Positions 55,562-64,000 of a stretch of DNA of 64,000 nt are shown here, in pieces. Where the stretch lies: assembly GCA_964188305.1 (NCBI GenBank), contig OZ076890.1; one strand, written 5' to 3'. The DNA is from Podarcis bocagei. Its lineage: Eukaryota. Numbering within the stretch: the first letter of the stretch is position 1; every line of letters starts with the position of its first letter. The position numbers and the translations under genes are program-made. The notes beneath the pieces were generated by a model. That model saw nothing but the letters and a program-made list of their open reading frames with translations. It was not told where the DNA came from and did not search any database.

Positions 55562-56475
55562 CAGTGGCGTAGCGTGGGGGGTGCCAGGGGTGCCAGCCGC
55601 ACCGGGCGCAACATTTTGGGGGGCGCGTTTGGCCGGCCCCCCTCAAGGAAGCGGGAACCTCTCCAAGGCACAGCGTGCCGTCGGTAGAGGAAAAAAGCCG
55701 AGCAGCAGCAGCAGCAGCAAAGTCGGGAGGAGGAGGAGGTGGAGCGAGCCTGCTAAGAATTCCTCGCAGCTGGCCATCCAACCTCCAGCGAAGGAGGGCC
55801 CCGCTCCACCTTCCGAGGGAGCCTGCTAGGACCCCCGGCTCCCTGCAGGTGGCTCACAACCCCCGCTAGCCCGGCCGGGGCTCGGGGAGGATGGGAGCCG
55901 CCTGCTGGGCTGGCACAGCTGCGTGTGAAGGCGCGGAGGGAGGCGCTCCCAGGGCTGACGGCGGCCTTTCCCCGCACGCGAAGGAGCAAGGGCGGCGGCG
56001 GCGGCGAGGCTGCGCAACAGCCGCTGCGTGAGAACGAGCCCTTGCCCAGCCCGGGGGACGATCCGGAGGCCCTCTCCGAGCGCGTCGCGTGTAGCCAGCC
56101 TGCCAGCCTGCCTGCCAGGGTGGAGCAAAGCGGCGGAGTGGGGAGAGGTTGCCCTTCTTCGCACGCACCCCCCCCCGTCACGCCTTAAATCCACCCTCCC
56201 ACAAACTAGGAGCGAGCAGCTGAGAGGGAACAGCTGAGAGCCACGAGCAGCTTTTTCTGAAAATGCCCTTTTAAAAAAAAAATCCTAAAATTTATAAACC
56301 GCTTGACAGCTACAAAAGCGGTTTGCCAAGAGAATAAAACTGCCAGGAAACAGTGGTGTAGCGTGGGGGGTGCAGGGGGGGCCGGGGGTTAGGGTTAGGG
56401 GGCGCAAATCCACGGGTTAGGGGGCGCAAATTACTTGCCTTGCCCCGGGTGCTGACAAGCCACGCTACGCCACTG
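55562..56475. mobile_element. Non-autonomous hAT transposon, GC/CpG-rich
   Basis: Perfect 16-bp TIR CAGTGGCGTAGCGTGG / CCACGCTACGCCACTG; perfect 8-bp TSD GTTTAAAA at 55554-55561 and 56476-56483. Confidence 0.92.
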
Positions 56476-57090
56476 GTTTAAAAGGTAGTAAACATTACTA
56501 GATCAGTGAATGCTTCTTCACTTCAGATTCTTAGCAGAACATATTTACTATATGGACACAGAAGTAAGAGTTAGAAAATGTTTTGCCATGCTTTTTCTTC
56601 TTTGAGCCATTCTGGTATATTCATGTGCGCTCATCTGACAGATCTTTGGCAAGGTACAATAACGCTGTTTCCTGCCTAGACTATTACACTTAATCAGCTG
56701 CAGAAAACTAAATTAATTGTTTGGCAATAAGGTGAGAAGATAATTCTCCAACACAAGGGATTATCTTTTCACAGGTCAGAGAGATAATATCCTGTTTTGA
56801 GAGTCTAGCAAATTATCATAGGATTGTTTGCCTACTAATTGGTTGATTTGCAGAATGCTGATGACAGAAAAGCCAATTGCTGCAGGAAACTAATAAGTTG
56901 TAATCTGCAGTTAGGAAGGCAACCTGCATCCAAAGCAGTTTGCATCACAAAGCCATTGTCCTGTAGATAAATGAGCACTGAGAAAATCTCAAAGAGTCTC
57001 ATTTGAATATTGGCTTACGCCTCCTACATTCTATCTTAAAGGCTCAACAGATGCAGATACTGGATGGTTTGAACACCAACCATTTCTTTC

Positions 57091-57215
57091 TCGAAATAAA
57101 TTAAAAAATTAAAAAATTGTCTGGTAGCACCTTAGAGACCAACTAAGTTTGTTCTGGGTATAAGCTTTCATGTGCATGCACACTTCTTCAGATACACTGA
57201 AACAGAAGTCACCAG
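57091..57215 (-). mobile_element. Penelope-like element terminal fragment
   Basis: Same sequence family as 13866-13972, with a hammerhead motif; abuts the 5' end of a truncated CR1. Confidence 0.7.
57158..57195 (-). ncRNA. Minimal hammerhead ribozyme motif, second copy (antisense to RUNX1)
   Basis: Reverse complement reads GTAT-CTGAAGA-A-GTGTGCATGCACAT-GAA-AGCT-T-ATAC. Confidence 0.7.
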
Positions 57216-57892
57216 AAAAACCAGCTGCACCAATATAAGATGGACACCTGGCTTACTAGCAGTACATGTGAAAAGGATCCAGGTGTCTTAGTGGACCACA
57301 AGCTTAACATGAGTCAACAGTGTGATGCAGCAGCAAAAAAGCTAATGCTATTCTAAGCTGCCTCAACAGAAGTATAGTGTCTAGATCAAGAGAAGTAATA
57401 GTACTGTTTTAGTCTGCTCTAGACACCTGAAATCCTGTGTCTAGTTCTGGGCATCACAATTTAAGGAGGATACTGACAAGCTGGAATGTGTGCAGAGGAG
57501 GGCAACCTAGAAGAACAAGGTTTGGAAACCAAGCCTTATGAGGAATGGTTGAGGGAGTTGGGTATGTTTAGATTGGAAAATAGGAGATATAGTACCCATC
57601 TTCAAAAATCTCAAGGGCTGCCACATGGAAGGTGGAGCGAGTTTGTTTTCTCCTGCTCTGGAGGGTAGAGCCCAAACTGATGGATTCAAGTTACAAAAAA
57701 GGAGATTGTGACTGAACATCAGGAAGAACTTTTTGACAGTAAGAGCTGCTTGACAGTGGTGGTCTCGAGGTTTTTAAGCAGAGGTTGGATGTCCATCTTT
57801 CATGGATGCTTTAGTTGAGATTCCTGCATTGCTGAGGGGTGGACTAGATGACCCCTTGGGGGTCCCTTCCAATTCTACAGTTCTATGATTCT
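57216..57892 (+). mobile_element. 5'-truncated CR1 LINE
   Basis: Degenerate ORF2 C-terminal sequence (AAGCTTAACATGAGTCAACAGTGTGATGCAGCAGC..., CTGGAATGTGTGCAGAGGAGGGCAAC...) and CR1 3' end GGTCCCTTCCAATTCTACAGTTCTATGATTCT. Confidence 0.9.
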
Positions 57893-59364
57893 TAACCACT
57901 GTAGTATCCTACCTGTCTAAATAAAGTGCCACTTAACAACCACTGTAGATTATAATAGCCCCTAACAACAGAAATGTTTAAAAATTAAGTGATATTCATC
58001 ACCACTGCCTTTAACAGGGTTACCTGCTCAATGGGAACATTCCTCCTTTTAAGAATTCTTAAAATTGCAGCTTAAAGATATCAAGAGATTAGGTTGCATA
58101 GTGCTATACCATCCAGGCTCCCTTCTAAACTGAAAGTTGAATTTTAGTTTGGCCTGACTTGACCAAGAGGGAAAGTGTCTGCTGCTTTGTTTTGCTCCCT
58201 CACTTCAGTTGCACCATGAAATAGGAGGTTGTATTTCACCTGCCTGCCACTTATCACTTTGACAGTTCTGAGCACTTAATTAATTCAGAGGAGTGGGTGT
58301 AGCCCTGGCTCATGAAGTCCTTGTAATACACTGCAGAAAGTGCAATGCTCCTTCCTTTCCGGAATTCAAACATTGGACTTAGACCAAGGAGGTAGTTTGT
58401 GAAGCTCACTGGGAAACTTTGGGCCAATGAGATCTATGGTCTGACTACTCTTACATGGTAGTTGTAAAGATGAAATGGTGAGGATTAGGGGTGAGCCTGT
58501 ACCCTTCCCTGAACTCCTGGGGGTGGGGGGATTAAAGGAGTTGTGGGTTGGATTAGAACTAAGGCTAATTGAACTTGGATCACACTGAAATCAATAGGAT
58601 GCGGAAGTCATGACGTGCATGCCATTGATTTCAGTGGGAACTAAGTTTAGCTAAGTTTGTCTGGATCCAGCCCAGAATATATTACTTGGGCTCTTTAGTG
58701 TAGAATAAGAAAGCCAGGTGAGTTTTATTTAGTGTGTAAAATACAAGCAGAAGCAGGTATGCTTCTTATACAAGACTTTAGATGCACTCCGAACTGTGGA
58801 CACATCATAGTCGAGACCTTATGCTTGTGATATTGATGTTCTTTTTTATTGGCTTTTGAAGCATAGTATGGGCCCATGAATAACCCAGTTGTTACGAAGA
58901 TTAAAGGTGTGTGTTGCAAAACTCTGGTAAATAAAATCTCTCTTAGTCTTTCACTGACAAATCCAGTTTTACTCTCCATTGAATTCTTTTTTTAAAAGAC
59001 TGTAATCTCCACGTTGGCAGAACACTTCATAGCTTGTTAGCAGAGCTTGAATTACCTCCCATGGTAAATACAACAAAAATTAATAAATAAGAACACCTTA
59101 AAGGCAAATGCTCACTGAATCAAATTCGTGCACACTGTGGCATGTGTGCTCTTAAGTGGTGCAGGACACACTCCAAAGAGCCATATTTTGAGCTCCACAG
59201 CCCTTGAATTCTTTGATTTCCGAAAGCAGCCAACAGTACCCACACGGTGATCCTCTTTGAAAACCAGGAGGCTTTCAAAACATATGTTTGTGAGATGAGG
59301 AAGGGGCTGTTCAAAGGCATTTCTCAAAAATCAAAATCCCTTCTTGGTTTATACAAGACAATTA

Positions 59365-59754
59365 CCGTATTTTTCGCCCTATAGGACGCACTTTTTCCCC
59401 TCCAAAAATGAAGGGGAAATGTGTGTGCGTCCTATGGGGCAAATGCAGGCTTTCGCTGAAGCCTGGAGAGCCCCACCGCCAGACCCACAAGCTTGGGGGA
59501 CAGCGGTGAGGCACAGCGCGCCTTTCCCGTTGTCCCCCACTTGGTTAGAAGGCTGGCGGAGGGCTTCCCCCTCCTCCAGCCCCGCAAGCTCCCAGAGCCA
59601 TGCCAAAGCTGCACGCAGCTTCGGCATCGCTCTGGGTCCTGTTCTGGGGGCCCTGCGCCTGGGGGAGGGGGAAATAATTTTTTTCCCTTTATTCCCCCCC
59701 CCAAATCTAGGTGCGTCCTATGGGCCGGTGCGTCCTATAGGGCGAAAAATACGG
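59365..59754. mobile_element. Young Tc/mariner-type MITE
   Basis: Perfect 27-bp TIR CCGTATTTTTCGCCCTATAGGACGCAC; TA duplication at 59363-64 and 59755-56. Confidence 0.92.
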
Positions 59755-62139
59755 TAGGTGCTTCCAAATCAGGGTTTGACAAACTTTGGGTAGCCTGTGG
59801 GAGCATTTGTCAACGAAAGAAACTATCATGGACACCATACACACTCACTAAGCACACACCCCAACCTATTCCATTGGCTACAATAGACTGCTTCTTCTAA
59901 CCTTAATTGTGGTGGAAGGACAGAACTGTGCAGGGAAGGCCTCTGCTGACGCATGTTGGCTTGTGAGAACTGCACAGGCAACACCTGCAGGCTTGCAGCC
60001 ACAGAATGACTTTGCTCTAGAAGTGGAGAAAGCACCTAAAGAGGTTGTCTTCATATTTAGCCCCAACTTGCAGTAAGTTGGTAGGCAATCCACTTGTCAG
60101 TGGCCTAAGGCTGGGGTCTCCAATTCAGTGCCTATGAGCACCATGGCACCTTCATACCTCCCTCATGGTGTACAACAAGGCCCTCTGCCCCTTCCTTTTT
60201 GGAAGGTTGCCTGCTTTTTTGTCTGTTTGTACTTGTTTTGGGATGTGTGTAAGCATTTTGAATGTTTGGAGGATGGGGAGAGGGTTCTGAGCATTACTGG
60301 TCCCCACAACAGTTTCTTAGCTTTCCAAATGTGCTCCTCGGCTGAAAAATATTGGGGATCCTGATGTAAGGGATACCATTAAGAGATTGCCTTCAACGAG
60401 TTATGATTTTAGCCTTCTGCAAAGTTACGCTTTTCGTTTTCACTTAAATTTACTTTAGGTTTCCTACCTGTCTTATCCTTCGGCGTCAGTCCATATGTGA
60501 ACAAAAATACAATGTGACCATCAGCCATGCCAAAATACATTGTGTATTGTGTTAGAGCACCCAGTCAAATATGTGTTCACATGCAGGAGCATGCAGTTTT
60601 GCAGGCAGGAAAAATGCTGGAATGATTGTTTGGCCTGTCTTTGAGAGGGTGGCGGTGTACATACATTCATATCTGCACTTATAAACTCTCTGTGTGAGGT
60701 TAGGGCATAGTAACCTAGGAAGCTACCGACTCAGATCATTGGTTAATCTCGCTCAGTATCATCTACACAGCTCTCCTGTGTCTTTGGCAAAGATTTCCCC
60801 AGATCTATCTGCAGGTGCCAGGGTCTGGCAAAGCATGAGTTATGTCCCTTTCTCCAAAAAGTCAATATAGAGAAGATCGCTTTTTTAAAAAAAGCAAAAT
60901 TAGATGTATATTTGTACCAGACAGTTTTTTATTGCTATGATTGACAAGACAATTTTCCCATGTTGTAAATTCCTCCCTCCCTGTGTACAATGAGTAATCA
61001 GGTGTGTCAAGGACTTGACCAGTGCTTGATCCTGCTGAAATCAGTCCACCCTTCTCTTGCACAGTAAGCTTCAGACGCATGCCCACACATGATTATTTTG
61101 ATTACCACCCACTGATAGCCTAACTTCTTTCTGTGTTAGAACTGTCAGTTCATGATCCAAGTGCCAAGTGGTGAGCTTTGGGGCTGTTAGGGAAAGTATG
61201 GCGTTTCTCTCCACATTTCAGTTTAGCAAATTCGAGCTTGCAACTCCATTCTACTTATAAGCGTAAAGAGAAGCATCCCTTGGTTTGTTTATTTTAGGTG
61301 TGGTTTTGTGGACTTCAAGTGGTTTCTTTCAGTCTGCATCTCGGAAATTTGCTCGTCTTAATCCAGAGGTCTAAAATAGTTGGATATTTGGAAGGCTTTG
61401 GCAGATTTCTGTGTACATCCTAAAATAGAGTCGACACACGTTGTTTATTGCTTTTGAAAATCTTAGCCATGAATGTAGATATGTTAATTTTTAAAGAGAT
61501 ATTTTTAATATCTCTTTGGCATTCTGGAATAGTCTGTACCCCCTCCAAAAAGTGTGGTGCGCACATTTTGGCTACACATAAAATATTCTTTTATTGGCCG
61601 TTAACTGAAAATGCTATATAAGAGTCTGTTGCAAAGCACTTATGCTGCTGCTGTAATGATGGCATACAGAGAAAGTTCTATCAACCCCCGTGGTCCTGAT
61701 CCAGATTGATTTTTCTAAGCAAGGAGAGTAGCCAGTCACAAGCACATTTTTAATAGAACATGAACATGAAATATACTACATTATTTAACCATTCAAATAT
61801 TTTATCTTCAAACCTTGGACAACTAGAGAAAACTGAATCAAGCCATAGCTACAGCCAGTGAGGGCTTCTAGGTATAGTGTCATTGCTTTCTTCTCATGGA
61901 GGGCTAGAGAGGCAGGGGTGTGGTTTTTTTGTAATGGAAGAAGATCAGAGTCTGAGCCCCCTTCTTCCTTTGGGCCTAGTACAGCACTACCCACTATATC
62001 CCCCACTTTGTTGGTCTCTGTGAGTTACTAGAGAGTCTTACAGTATACAGAGAAAGTAGAATGTTGAGTAGATGGTGAGAAAGACCTGGTCTCCCAAATG
62101 CAAACAGATGCAGTGAGGCACAGAAATTTATCTAGACCT

Positions 62140-62320
62140 GGGGTACAGAGGAGGCTGCCTTTACATCGTGTCAGACTATGGTTCTTCTAGCTCAGTGTTG
62201 TCTACACGGATGGGCAGTAGCTCTCCAGTGTTTCAGAGAGGGGACATTCCCAGCCATACCTGGAGATGCCAGAGATCATACCTGTTATTTCCTGCATTCA
62301 AAGCAGATGCTCTACCACCC
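62140..62320 (-). mobile_element. Degraded tRNA-derived squamate SINE (Squam3-like)
   Basis: TCTAGCTCAGTGTTGTCTACAC...CCTGGAGATGCCAG...AAAGCAGATGCTCTACCAC; a more decayed relative lies at ~60705-60850. Family name from memory. Confidence 0.5.
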
Positions 62321-62869
62321 TTACCTGAGAGATGGATCAGAAAAGGGAAATTCTCCTATACTTGCTTTTTCCCATGGAAGAAGTAGAATGAGACTTGCCG
62401 TAATGGAGTCTCCATACCAGAGCTGTACCACGTATCACAAGCTATTCTGTGATTCTCCCACCTGGCATGAAAAAGTGGTCAGAGGAGCAGCCATTATCAA
62501 TAATGGGTGATGTTGGAATGGAAGCTCTCCATGTTCACTGAAAGCATCATCTGGCAACTGGTATTGTGCACTGCACTCCTTCACAGAGGCTGTTTCCAAA
62601 TTTATTCAAAACTATTAAGGTAATTTGAACAGCATGCATAATAAGTGGTTGGGAAGCCAACGTCTAAGGACTTGTTGGGTCATGTTTTTATCCAGGTGGT
62701 TCCCCAGACTACAGTAATGGATAAAAATGCCATGATTCTACTGGTAGCTCCCCATGATAGGTTGATGCTAGGCAGCATAAAACCTTTTGTGTTGTTCTTA
62801 TGGCAAAACTAGAAGTAACAGCAGCAGGCCCCTTGCATCAACATTTCCTATAGACAAGTTTTAAGATAC

Positions 62870-63625
62870 TGTCAGGGGTTCAGGAGCAGAGGAGAGGGCA
62901 AGGGAGGAAACAGAGAGCGAGGGGGAGGAGGCAGAGGAAAAGATGAGTGATGACGACGACCCAAGATCTCCGAGTCTTTCCAGTGAATCAGAAGATTCAC
63001 AGAAAGGAGCACCAGTGGCCAGAACAAGGGGGGAACCTAGGGGGACACCTCAGGAAGAAGGGTCCAGAGGGGGCTCAGAGGGGAGCAGTTGGAAATCGGG
63101 ACCAGCGTCACCAACAGAGAGCAGGGGAGAAGAAGGGTGCCTGGTATCAAGCGCTGGCAGCTCGCAACAGGAGGGAGGGCACGAGTCAGGAGTGGCCACA
63201 CCTCCATCGGGGAGCGAAGAAACGGTCAGGCGGAAAGTGGAAGGTTGGGCGCGCGCGCCAAGTTCAAATGCACAGGAAGGTGGCGCAGTAAGCAGCCCGG
63301 AAAGGGAGCCAGGTCCTAAAGCCCGGCGCAAGGAGACAGGAGGGTCCGGGGGGTCCGCGTCAGAAGAATCCCGGAAGGAAGAGACCACGGGGGGCAGAGG
63401 GACCCAGAGAAGAACGGTCAGGCGGAAAAGGTGGAGTAAGGCTAGATTAGTAAGCTGGTGCTCAGGGGGCGGAGACTCAGACGGAGCTTCGCCGGTCTAA
63501 CCTGTAAGACGTAGAGCTGCGCGCAGGAGCGTGAGAATGGAAACTGTAACTCAATAAAGACTTTTACAAGTGACCGCTGGCTAGCGTGATCCTCTGTGAG
63601 CTAGGATCTGGAAGCAGCTCTGACA
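62870..63625 (+). mobile_element. Solo LTR (probably Gypsy type) with internal ORF
   Basis: TGTCAG...CTGACA termini; flanks GATAC/GTTAC (5 bp, one mismatch); AATAAA at ~63553; CpG retained; frame open 62871-63500. Confidence 0.85.
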
Positions 63626-64000
63626 GTTACGTTCTAAAATATTTATAGGTGTGCTAGCACACACATGATGCAGTCAGATGTTGGTTCAGTATATCTTTCT
63701 TTCCCTTCTTTTATTGCTGCTGCAGCTGCTGCTGCTGTTGTGTGGTGCTTTCAGACAAAATTGTAGTGGTTCCCACAGTCTTAATGAACACAACTCATTA
63801 ATGAACATGATTCTGTTAGGTCCATTAATTTCAGCAGGTCTGCTCTGCATAAAACTTAGTTGAATACCACCATTTGCCTGAATATCAGTTGCTTAAACAT
63901 CTGTAAAAAGGCATCAGTCATGGCATGGTGGCCTTATGTGTTCTTTTTCTTTAAGAAAGAAAAAAACTTGTCTCCAAATACTTTAACTCACTTTTATCTC

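Noticed and set aside
48099-64000. Next RUNX1 exon (DTRQIQPSPPWSYDQSY...) or an exon 7A equivalent
   Set aside because: Not found by eye or in the ORF track; probably beyond the window.

Overview
Vertebrate genomic DNA, most likely from a lacertid lizard (inferred from four Sauria/POM-type SINEs, squamate CR1, Penelope-like and hAT/Tc-mariner MITE repeats). The window holds the 5' half of RUNX1 on the + strand. This comprises the CpG-island proximal (P2) promoter, a ~1.9 kb 5'UTR and four coding exons (2903-3184, 11733-11889, 34215-34319, 47863-48054; the last three are 157, 105 and 192 nt) that encode the whole Runt domain. The distal P1 exons and the C-terminal exons (to VWRPY) were not found and presumably lie outside the window. 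The rest is intron, rich in repeats, with one assembly gap. Most notable: (1) a 295-bp, ~97% identical inverted duplication (13661-13955 vs 57124-57418) that joins a Penelope-type minimal hammerhead ribozyme to a locus-specific CR1 piece, looks like a local templated capture, and brackets the two symmetric exons that could circularise into a stop-free 297-nt circle; (2) solo LTR-like elements whose ORFs are open from base 2 of the LTR and share an acidic-then-basic layout; (3) five RUNX sites in 111 bp of intron; (4) a candidate conserved 5'UTR block with a 6-codon uORF; (5) substitutions in otherwise conserved RUNX1 motifs. Comparisons with human sequence are from memory and need checking by alignment.
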